From assembly GCA_030669415.1 (NCBI GenBank), contig DAOVDS010000002.1:1-47307 (forward strand): a stretch of DNA of 47,307 bases, given 5' to 3'. The position numbers were made by a program, and so were the translations under genes. Origin of the DNA: a bacterium. GTDB lineage: Bacteria > Planctomycetota > SKW154 > DAOVDS01. The notes below the pieces were generated by a model that saw nothing but the letters and a program-made list of their open reading frames with translations, did not search any database and had not been told where the DNA came from. Below are positions 34,004 through 42,341 of this stretch, piece after piece (the first letter of the stretch is position 1; every line of letters begins with the position of its first letter).

Positions 34004-35665
34004 GTGGAAAACGACCCCGAGAAAATCAGCCGGGAGCGGGAGAAGTACGAGAAGGCACTCAATTCGTGCAACAGCCGCGACGAGGTCGCGTTCACCACCA
34101 CCTCGTCCGAGCCGGTTGATGTTCTCAACACGCCGGCTGACCTCGAAGGCTTCGATTACCTCAGAGACCTGGGCTTTCCCGGCGAGTACCCGTATACCCG
34201 CGGCGTTCACCCCGACATGTACAGGGGCAGACTCTGGACGATGCGGCAGTTCGCGGGTTTCGGTACTGCCACAGACACCAACAAGAGATACAAGTACCTG
34301 CTCGAACACGGCCAGACCGGGCTCTCCGTCGCGTTCGATTTCCCGACCCTGTACGGGTACGATTCCGACCACGAGCGCTCCGAGGGTGAAGTGGGGCGCT
34401 GCGGCGTGGCCATATCCAGCCCCGAAGACATGGAGACTCTCTTCGACGGCATACCGCTGGACGAGGTGTCCACCTCGATGACGATAAACGGGCCTGCCAG
34501 CGTGCTGTTCGCATTCTACATCCACGTCGCCGAGAAGCAGGGCGTCCCTCCGGAGAAGCTCCGGGGCACAATCCAGAATGACATTCTGAAGGAATACATC
34601 GCCCAGAAATCCTGGATATTCCCGCCCGAACCCTCCATGAGAATAATTACCGACATAATGGCCTTCGCCGCCGACCACGTACCACAGTGGAATACCATCT
34701 CAATAAGTGGCTACCACATCCGCGAGGCAGGTTCCACCGCCGTGCAGGAGCTCGCCTTCACTCTTGCCGACGGTTTCGCGTACGTCGAGGCGGGAATAGC
34801 CGCGGGGCTCGATGTGGACAGGTTTGCGCCCAGGCTTTCCTTCTTCTTCAACGCGCACAACGGCCTGTTTGAGGAAATCGCCAAGTACCGGGCCGCCCGG
34901 CGAATCTGGGCCCGCCGCATGAAGGAGAAATACGGCGCCAAGGACCCGCGCTCATGGCTGCTGCGGTTCCACACGCAGACTGCCGGCTGCTCGCTCACCG
35001 CACCACAGCCGGAGAACAACATAGTCCGCACCGCGCTCCAGGGTCTCGCGGCAGTGCTTGGCGGTACCCAGTCGCTTCACACAAATTCCATGGACGAGAC
35101 GTTCGCCCTGCCGACCGAAAAGGCCGCGAAGATTGCGCTGCGCACACAGCAAATCATAGCCTACGAAAGCGGGGTGCCCAACACAATCGACCCGCTTGCC
35201 GGTTCCTACTTCATCGAGAAGCTCACCAACAAGATGGAGGCGCAGGCCCAGAAGTACTTCGAGAGAATAGAGAAACTCGGCGGCGTGGTCGCGGCGATTG
35301 AAAAAGGCTTTTTCCAGCGGGATATCACCGATGCCGCCTACCGCTACCAGCGTGAGATTGAGCAGCACAAGCGCATTATCGTCGGCATTAACGACTACGT
35401 AGAGGAGGAAATGCCCGACATCGAAACGCTCAAAATCAAGCCGGAGGTGGAACCCGAGCAGCGCAGGCGACTGAAAGCCCTGCGCGAAAGACGCGACAGC
35501 GGGGCATGCAAAGAACGTATCCAAGACCTCAAGGCCGCCTGCAGCGGCACAGACAACGTAATGCCGAGAATACTCGAATGCTGCCGCGCATACTGCACGC
35601 TCGGCGAAATAGTGGAGGCAATGAAAGACGTGTTCGGCGTGTACACCGAGCCACCGATATTCTGA
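34004..35665 (+). CDS. icmA: Acyl-CoA mutase large subunit, isobutyryl-CoA mutase-type
   Basis: [18 protein letters not shown] (Phe), [11 protein letters not shown] (Gln), [17 protein letters not shown]. No B12-binding domain. Confidence 0.85.
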   Translation: MENDPEKISREREKYEKALNSCNSRDEVAFTTTSSEPVDVLNTPADLEGFDYLRDLGFPGEYPYTRGVHPDMYRGRLWTMRQFAGFGTATDTNKRYKYLLEHGQTGLSVAFDFPTLYGYDSDHERSEGEVGRCGVAISSPEDMETLFDGIPLDEVSTSMTINGPASVLFAFYIHVAEKQGVPPEKLRGTIQNDILKEYIAQKSWIFPPEPSMRIITDIMAFAADHVPQWNTISISGYHIREAGSTAVQELAFTLADGFAYVEAGIAAGLDVDRFAPRLSFFFNAHNGLFEEIAKYRAARRIWARRMKEKYGAKDPRSWLLRFHTQTAGCSLTAPQPENNIVRTALQGLAAVLGGTQSLHTNSMDETFALPTEKAAKIALRTQQIIAYESGVPNTIDPLAGSYFIEKLTNKMEAQAQKYFERIEKLGGVVAAIEKGFFQRDITDAAYRYQREIEQHKRIIVGINDYVEEEMPDIETLKIKPEVEPEQRRRLKALRERRDSGACKERIQDLKAACSGTDNVMPRILECCRAYCTLGEIVEAMKDVFGVYTEPPIF

Positions 35666-35686
35666 GAAAAAAACGGGAGTGTTCTT

Positions 35687-38600
35687 ATGGGTAGTGCAGA
35701 TAAAAGCCCCGATTTGGCCTTAGCGCTGCAAGAGCCTTTACAGCAGGTTGCACATAAACTTGTTTCTGCCACATCCCACCTGATGCGCAGTGCAATAACT
35801 GAAGAGGATTTGCGAATCGGATTTGAAAAAATACTGTCTCCACTTTTTCGCGCATTAGGGATTAAATCAGAACCGAGATACGAGAAAACAACTGTCCTGG
35901 GCGGCCGTTCTGATGCGCTGCACGGACAGGTGATTATTGAATACGAATCTCCAAAGGCTTTTCAATCTAAAAGCCGAATACATCATGCCTACGGTCAACT
36001 TGTCGGTTATATCCAGGGAGAAGCCAAAAACAAAAAAGAGACTCTATTCCTATTTGCTCCGAAACTTGTAGGTGTCGGGTTTGACGGCCAGCAAATCTTC
36101 TTTGTCCATTACAGAGGAAGCAAGACGAAGCCAAAAACTGAATTAGACAAAAAGGATTTTGTCCGCATCGGTCCTTATCCTTTTCACGCAGAAAGCGCCT
36201 GCACCTTTCTCACATATCTGCGCGCCCTTGACCGCCTGCCACTCACGGCAGAGCATCTTGCCGATAAGTTCGGGCCAAAAAGCGAAGTTGCCAGAGACGC
36301 CGTCTCAGCCTTTGCGGATGCACTCAAAAACTGGGGGAAAGAAAGGGTACCCGTCTTTTTCAACGAATGGAAACGACTTTTCGGCATCGTCTATGGAGAG
36401 GAATTTGGCACTCGTCAGGCACAGGAGACAAAAGCACTTTCCCGTGTCTATGGTGTAAGCAAAGACACAAACTTTCAGGAATTGCTCTTTTCGGTTCACA
36501 CCTATTTTGCGTTTCTGATGAAGCTTATCGCTGCCGAGCTTGTTACTCTTAAAGAAAGCGCTTTTACCGCCTCGTTTTCCCATCAACTTACGCATACTCT
36601 AAAGGATGAGTTGCAGACACAACTGACTGACATTGAAAACGGCGGAATATATGCCAAACGCGGCATCGCAAACTTTCTTGAAGGAGATTTTTTCCGGTGG
36701 TATCTGGACGCCTTCTCGCCGCGTCTTGAAGAAGCAATCAGGGAAATAGCCAGAGCACTTTCTGAATTCGAGCCAGCGACGACCACGATTGATCCGGAAT
36801 CTGCCCGCGACCTTCTCAAAAAACTTTATCAATATCTGGTGCCGCAAGAAGTGCGGCATAACCTCGGCGAATACTATACACCTGATTGGCTTGCCGAGTT
36901 ACTTCTGAATGAAGTCGGCTATAAAGGCAACACTCTGAAACGAGTGCTTGACCCCGCCTGTGGTTCAGGAACTTTTTTGGTTCTTACCATTCAACGGGCG
37001 AAGGAGTATGGGCTGAGCCACAAAGAGCCGCCACTTGAGACGGCAAAAAGAATTGCTGCCAATATCTGGGGTTTTGACCTCAATCCCCTGGCAGTTATCG
37101 CTGCCCGCACCAACTACCTTTTCGCGCTCGGTGATATAGCGCAGGAGTTATCTTCTTTTGAGATTCCTATCTATCTTGCTGACTCTGTCCTCTGGCCTGA
37201 AAAAGCGGGAGACAAGGAGTTAAACTTTGCTGGCGGCGAGCATATAAAGATTCAGACCTCCGGCGGGCGATTTCACGTCCCCTATATCTGGGTAGCAAAC
37301 AAAGGGTTCCTTATGCGCAAAGCCGCGCCACTTGTAGAAGAGATGACAAAACAGGGCTATTCACCTGCCGAAGCGATGGAGCGGTTCAAAAAAGAAGGAC
37401 TGGTTTTCACTCCCCACGAAAAGATTGTTCAGAACTTCTACAGCGAGATTCTGGAACTTGAGAAAGAGGGTAAGAACGGTATCTGGGCGAGATTTCTCAA
37501 AAACATCTTCGCGCCGCTGAACGCTAAAAATTTTGATTTCGTCGTCGGAAATCCTCCCTGGGTGCGGTGGGATTATCTCTCAGATGAATATCGCAAGGAA
37601 ACACTCCAGTTGTGGAAAGATTTCGGTCTCTTTTCCCTGAAAGGATTTGAGACACGACTGGGCGGCGGCAAGAAAGACTTCTCGATGCTTTTTACCTATG
37701 CCGCCTCCGACTACTACCTGAAAGATGGCGGCAAACTCGGGTTTCTTATTACGCAGGAAGTCTTCAAGTCAAAAGGCGCTGGCGAGGGATTTCGCCGCTT
37801 CAAACTTGGCAAAGAAGGTAAATCTCTTAAGGTTTTGAAGGCTCATGACTTGGCCACTGTTCAGCCCTTTGAAGGCGCAGCAAACAAGACAGCAGCAATA
37901 ATCCTCAGAAGGGGGGGGGAAACTACTTATCCTGTCCCTTATTATGTCTGGAAGAGAAAAAAAGGAGTCGGGAGAATTGCAACCGATAAGAAGTTGAAAG
38001 ATGCCCTGCCTTTCCTTCAGAAAAGAAAATTGTTCGCCCGACCAATCGGCTCAAAAGTGGGCCCGTGGCAGACTCTCGCGGCAGACCAAAAGTGGCTAAC
38101 TGCGCTTCAAGGTGAAAACTCTTACAATGCGCACTCCGGAGCCTATATTTCTCCCTACGGCGTTTTCTGGTTGAAGATAGAACAAGTCCTATCTGAAGGC
38201 GAACTTCTTGTCAGTAATCTTGTGGCAAAGGGAAAGACGAAGATTCAACAAGTAAGAGAAGTTGTTGAGCCAGAACTCGTCTACCCGGCATTGCGAGGCT
38301 CCGATATCCAAAGATGGCAGGCAAATCCCGACATTTTTGTCTTACTTGTGCAATATCCTGAGAAAAGGGAACCTTACCCTGAAAGTCAAATGAAAAAAGA
38401 GTGGCCAAGAACCTACGGCTACTTGACAAGATTTAGAGAAACCTTACTCTCACGGAAGTCAAAACCCCTGAAACAGCTCGCAGAAAGAACAGCGTTTTAT
38501 GCAGTCTTCGGCGTAGGAGATTATACAGTTGCCAACTACAAGGTTGTATGGAAACGGATGACAAACGACATAATTGCAGCAGTTGTGTCCCAATCCAAGA

Positions 38601-38947
38601 CACCGTTCGGCCATAAAATCGTCATCCCACTCGAGACTACCGCCTTGATCGCTGCGAAAAATGAATCCGAGGCGCACTACCTCTGCGCTATTGTCAATTC
38701 GACTCCCGTCCGCGAATTCATCAAATCATTCTCTTCTGCCGGGCGCGGGTTCGGCACTCCTTCGGTGATGAAATATGTCGGTATTCCACAATTCGACTCT
38801 AATAACAAACTACACCAGAAGCTCTCGAAACTATCAAAAGACCTTCACAATCATAAGGCAAAGGACGGAATCCTTGACAATATCGCTCCACTGGAAAAGG
38901 AAGTAGATTCGTCTGTTCGTAAGTTATTCGGCATAAGAGAGGCCTAA
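35687..38947 (+). CDS. Type IIG-like fused restriction endonuclease / N6-adenine methyltransferase
   Basis: N-terminal RSDAL..VIIEYE nuclease-like motif; GEYYTP, VLDPACGSGTFL (motif I), VVGNPPW (motif IV); C-terminal TRD-like YLCAIVNS. Visibly AT-richer than its flanks. Confidence 0.88.
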   Translation: MGSADKSPDLALALQEPLQQVAHKLVSATSHLMRSAITEEDLRIGFEKILSPLFRALGIKSEPRYEKTTVLGGRSDALHGQVIIEYESPKAFQSKSRIHHAYGQLVGYIQGEAKNKKETLFLFAPKLVGVGFDGQQIFFVHYRGSKTKPKTELDKKDFVRIGPYPFHAESACTFLTYLRALDRLPLTAEHLADKFGPKSEVARDAVSAFADALKNWGKERVPVFFNEWKRLFGIVYGEEFGTRQAQETKALSRVYGVSKDTNFQELLFSVHTYFAFLMKLIAAELVTLKESAFTASFSHQLTHTLKDELQTQLTDIENGGIYAKRGIANFLEGDFFRWYLDAFSPRLEEAIREIARALSEFEPATTTIDPESARDLLKKLYQYLVPQEVRHNLGEYYTPDWLAELLLNEVGYKGNTLKRVLDPACGSGTFLVLTIQRAKEYGLSHKEPPLETAKRIAANIWGFDLNPLAVIAARTNYLFALGDIAQELSSFEIPIYLADSVLWPEKAGDKELNFAGGEHIKIQTSGGRFHVPYIWVANKGFLMRKAAPLVEEMTKQGYSPAEAMERFKKEGLVFTPHEKIVQNFYSEILELEKEGKNGIWARFLKNIFAPLNAKNFDFVVGNPPWVRWDYLSDEYRKETLQLWKDFGLFSLKGFETRLGGGKKDFSMLFTYAASDYYLKDGGKLGFLITQEVFKSKGAGEGFRRFKLGKEGKSLKVLKAHDLATVQPFEGAANKTAAIILRRGGETTYPVPYYVWKRKKGVGRIATDKKLKDALPFLQKRKLFARPIGSKVGPWQTLAADQKWLTALQGENSYNAHSGAYISPYGVFWLKIEQVLSEGELLVSNLVAKGKTKIQQVREVVEPELVYPALRGSDIQRWQANPDIFVLLVQYPEKREPYPESQMKKEWPRTYGYLTRFRETLLSRKSKPLKQLAERTAFYAVFGVGDYTVANYKVVWKRMTNDIIAAVVSQSKTPFGHKIVIPLETTALIAAKNESEAHYLCAIVNSTPVREFIKSFSSAGRGFGTPSVMKYVGIPQFDSNNKLHQKLSKLSKDLHNHKAKDGILDNIAPLEKEVDSSVRKLFGIREA
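37911..37919 (+). repeat. G9 homopolymer within the RM gene
   Basis: …CTCAGAA GGGGGGGGG AAACT…; the longest G/C run I saw in the window. Confidence 0.9.
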
Positions 38948-38976
38948 ATTAGTCCTGACCAAGAGGGAGCAGGTCT

Positions 38977-39378
38977 ATGGCTAAGAGAATAAGAGTACTT
39001 ATCGCCAAGCCGGGGCTTGACGGCCATGACCGGGGTGCGAAGGTCGTCGCGGCCGGGCTGCGCGACGCGGGAATGGAGGTTATCTACACCGGCCTGCACC
39101 AGAGCGCGGAGGCAATCGTCGAGAGCGCCATCCAGGAAGATGTGGACGTAGTCGGGCTCTCCATGCTCTCCGGGGCGCACATGACGTTTTTCCCCAAGGT
39201 TCGCAAGCTCCTTGATGAGAAAGGCGCCAGTGACATCATGCTTATGGGCGGCGGAATCATCCCGCGGGACGACCAGAAAACGCTCATAAGGGAAGGCTAC
39301 GCAACGGCGCTCTTCGAGCCCGGTACGGTACTGGGTGCAATCGCCGAGTTCATCAAGGAAAACGTAAAGAAGGACTGA
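38977..39378 (+). CDS. icmB: Cobalamin-binding small subunit of acyl-CoA mutase
   Basis: [13 protein letters not shown] (DxHxxG), [15 protein letters not shown]. Confidence 0.9.
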   Translation: MAKRIRVLIAKPGLDGHDRGAKVVAAGLRDAGMEVIYTGLHQSAEAIVESAIQEDVDVVGLSMLSGAHMTFFPKVRKLLDEKGASDIMLMGGGIIPRDDQKTLIREGYATALFEPGTVLGAIAEFIKENVKKD

Positions 39379-39380
39379 CT

Positions 39381-40292
39381 GTGGCAGGGAAACTGAAACT
39401 CTACCTGCTCGAGCTGCGCGCGCCGTTCCTCGCCGCCAGCTTGCTGCCCGCGGGGCTGGGTGCGGCAGTCGCCCTGTTTCACATCGGCGCTTTCGACTGG
39501 CTCCACTTCGCCTTCACGCTCCTCGGTGTCGCCGCGCTGCATGCAGGCTCCAACGTCGCCAACGACTATTTCGACCACAAGTCCGGCTGCGATGAAGCCA
39601 ACACCGACTACGCCCGCCCCTTCACCGGCGGTAGCCGCCTGATACAGGAAGGACTGCTGACACCACGGCAGGTGCTTACAGAATCAATTCTACTGTACGC
39701 CCTCGGCCTGGGCTGCGGGATATATCTGACCATCACGGTCGGCTGGTGGGTTCTTGTCCTTGGCGCAACCGGTGCGGCATGCGGGTTCTTCTACACCGCA
39801 CCCCCGCTTCGACTGTGCGCGCGCGGCGTAGGCGAGCTGGTTGTCGGTGTGAACTTCGGTACGCTCATCACCCTCGGCAGCTACTACGTCCAGACCGGGA
39901 CACTGGCGTGGGCGCCTGTCGTCGCCTCTGTACCGGTTGCAGTTCTCATCTGTGCTGTACTCTACATTAACCAGTTCCAGGATGCCCGCGCGGACGAGGC
40001 GGCACGCAAACGTCACTGGGTCGTGCGCCTGGGAAGAAGGCGTGCTGCTGCTCTCTTCCCGGTAATGATGTGCCTGCCCTATGCGGCAATCGCGACATCC
40101 GTTGCTGCGCGGGCAATGCCTGCATGGTCACTTCTCGCGTTGCTCACGCTGCCGCTGGCGCTCAGGGCGGTCCTGATTACAATGAAGTTCCATTCAGACT
40201 CTCAGCGGCTCGTACCGGCCAACGCGCTGACAGTTCTCACGCACAGCGCGTTCGCCCTGCTGCTGGGGGCGGGTTATCTGCTGGCAACTTAG
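39381..40292 (+). CDS. menA: 1,4-dihydroxy-2-naphthoate prenyltransferase (UbiA family)
   Basis: LRAPFL, NVANDYFD...D, FTGGS, YTAPPL, GELVVG, NQFQD...D, multiple TMs. Confidence 0.85.
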   Translation: MAGKLKLYLLELRAPFLAASLLPAGLGAAVALFHIGAFDWLHFAFTLLGVAALHAGSNVANDYFDHKSGCDEANTDYARPFTGGSRLIQEGLLTPRQVLTESILLYALGLGCGIYLTITVGWWVLVLGATGAACGFFYTAPPLRLCARGVGELVVGVNFGTLITLGSYYVQTGTLAWAPVVASVPVAVLICAVLYINQFQDARADEAARKRHWVVRLGRRRAAALFPVMMCLPYAAIATSVAARAMPAWSLLALLTLPLALRAVLITMKFHSDSQRLVPANALTVLTHSAFALLLGAGYLLAT

Positions 40293-40310
40293 AGGGATGG
40301 GGGCTTTCCT

Positions 40311-41453
40311 ATGGAACTGACTGAAGAGCAGACAATGGTCCGCGACATGGTGCGCGAGTTCGCCCTCAAGGAGGTCGAGCCTATCGCCGCCGAGATTGAT
40401 GAAATCCAGAGATTCCCCGAAGAGACTGTCAAGCGAATGGCCGAGCTGGGGCTTATGGGCATTCCAATCCCCGAGGAATACGAGGGCGCCGGCGGCGACT
40501 ACGTCTCCTATATACTCGCGGTCGAAGAGCTCTCGCGCGTCTGCGGCTCCACCGGGATAACGCTCGCCGCACACTACTCGCTGGGCCTCTCGCCCATCTG
40601 GTATTTCGGCACTGAGGGGCAGAAGCGCAAGTACGTGCCTGACCTCGCCTCGGGCAGGAAGATAGGCACCTTCGGCCTGACCGAGCCCAACGCGGGCTCA
40701 GACGCGGCGGGAACACAGACAACCGCCGTGCGTGACGGGGACCACTGGATAATAAACGGGGCCAAGCAGTTCATCACCAACGCGAACTACACCGGCACCT
40801 GCGTGATTACCGCCATGATTGACAGGAGCAAGGGCGCACGCGGCATCGGCTCGTTCATCCTCGAGAAAAGTATGCCCGGCTTTCGAGCAGGCAAGAAAGA
40901 GGACAAGCTGGGCCTTCGCGGCTCAAACACCGCGGAACTCATTATGGAGGATGTCCGCGTCCCCGCCGAGAACCAGCTCGGCAACCTCGAAAGCGGATTC
41001 AAGTACTTCATGAAGACGCTCGACTCCGGGCGAATATCAATCGGCGCGCTCGCACTCGGAATCGCCCAGGGCGCACTCGACAAGGCGCTTGCCTACGCCC
41101 AGGAGCGCAAGCAGTTCGGCAAGTTCCTCTACAAGCACCAGCAAATCCAGTTCATGCTCGCAGACATGGCCACAGAAATACAGGCTGCGCGCCACCTCGT
41201 CTACCATGCCGCAAGGCTCAAGCAAAGGAAAGAACCCCACTCGATGGAAGGCGCAATGGGCAAGCTCTATGCCTCCGAGGCCGCATATCGCGCTACCAAG
41301 AACGCTGTCCAGATTCTCGGCGCCAACGGCTACTCGCGCGAGTACCCTGTCGAGCGCTACATGCGCGATGCGAAGCTCTGCGAAATCGGTGAAGGAACTT
41401 CAGAGATTCAGCGCATGGTAATCGCAAGAAGACTTATCGGCGGGAATATGTAG
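40311..41453 (+). CDS. Acyl-CoA dehydrogenase (second paralog)
   Basis: [45 protein letters not shown]. Confidence 0.95.
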   Translation: MELTEEQTMVRDMVREFALKEVEPIAAEIDEIQRFPEETVKRMAELGLMGIPIPEEYEGAGGDYVSYILAVEELSRVCGSTGITLAAHYSLGLSPIWYFGTEGQKRKYVPDLASGRKIGTFGLTEPNAGSDAAGTQTTAVRDGDHWIINGAKQFITNANYTGTCVITAMIDRSKGARGIGSFILEKSMPGFRAGKKEDKLGLRGSNTAELIMEDVRVPAENQLGNLESGFKYFMKTLDSGRISIGALALGIAQGALDKALAYAQERKQFGKFLYKHQQIQFMLADMATEIQAARHLVYHAARLKQRKEPHSMEGAMGKLYASEAAYRATKNAVQILGANGYSREYPVERYMRDAKLCEIGEGTSEIQRMVIARRLIGGNM

Positions 41454-41473
41454 CCCCGGACGATTGCCGTGGT

Positions 41474-41704
41474 TCAGCTTGAGTCTGGAGAAGACGAGAT
41501 TCTCGTCTCGACCTTTGTCCACGCATCGGAGCACGGAGAGAGGTCTGTAACGAGACCCGCGAGGCGGGTTATCTTCCTGTGGGCGTCGAGCATCCTCGCG
41601 CACTCGGGACACGAGTCCAGATGAGCCTGAATCGACTCAGGGTCTTCGACCTCGCCGTGAAGAAACGCCGCAAGGCGCGGCCTGATTTTCTCGCATTCTG
41701 ACAA
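41474..41704 (-). CDS. Zinc-finger (ZAS/zf-HC2) anti-sigma factor, soluble
   Basis: CEKIRPRLAAFLHGE...AHLDSCPEC (HxxxCxxC). TTG 41704 after SD AAGGAG, directly behind the sigma gene. Confidence 0.8.
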   Translation of the reverse strand: MSECEKIRPRLAAFLHGEVEDPESIQAHLDSCPECARMLDAHRKITRLAGLVTDLSPCSDAWTKVETRISSSPDSS

Positions 41705-41706
41705 GA

Positions 41707-42270
41707 CTAATTCTCCTTCAGGTTGGCAAGCTTCTTTCCGAGAAACTCGAAAGCCCGCGCCATTCTCCACTCGACAGTCCGCGGACTGATTTTCAGAATT
41801 CCGGCAATATCCTTGTACTTGAAGTTGTTGTACCTGCTCAGGATAAACGGCACGCGCAAACTCTCAGGCAGCGAGTCAATCGCCTTCCTGACAACCTCCT
41901 CAATCTCCCTTTCCTCTACCTCCTCGTCAGGCCCGGGTACACTGTCCCAGTCCTCTCTCTTGAGCTCTTCTTTCTTGGTGTCGATGAACTGCTGGTACCG
42001 TTTCTTTCTGCGAAGGTGGTTTACCCAGTGGTTCTTGGCAATCTGGAACAGGTAGGTCGAGAACTTCCCGGTGCCCCTGTACGACCTGCGCTTTCTCCAC
42101 AGTTTCAGGAAAACATCCTGGGCAAGCTCCTGGGCTTTCGCGTGGTCCCAAACAAGCCTCCAGAAAAAGTTCAGCACTCCTGGATAGTACTTGCCAAAAA
42201 CTTCCGCAAACGCGGCCCTGTTGCCTTTGGCCGCCTCGTGCATCAGTTTCTTGTCAGACTGTTCACCCAT
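41707..42270 (-). CDS. ECF sigma-70 factor
   Basis: AQELAQDVFLKLW, FSTYLFQIAKN, AIDSLPE..R, YKDIAGILKISPRTVEWRMARA. Confidence 0.93.
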   Translation of the reverse strand: MGEQSDKKLMHEAAKGNRAAFAEVFGKYYPGVLNFFWRLVWDHAKAQELAQDVFLKLWRKRRSYRGTGKFSTYLFQIAKNHWVNHLRRKKRYQQFIDTKKEELKREDWDSVPGPDEEVEEREIEEVVRKAIDSLPESLRVPFILSRYNNFKYKDIAGILKISPRTVEWRMARAFEFLGKKLANLKEN

Positions 42271-42341
42271 AGGCGGGTCATTCTACCTATTAGCACAACT
42301 CAAAAAGGCCATCCCCGGAGAAAAAAACGCCGCATTACCGG

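Noticed and set aside
35666-38976. IS or transposon carrying the RM gene
   Set aside because: No terminal inverted repeats, target duplication or transposase is visible.
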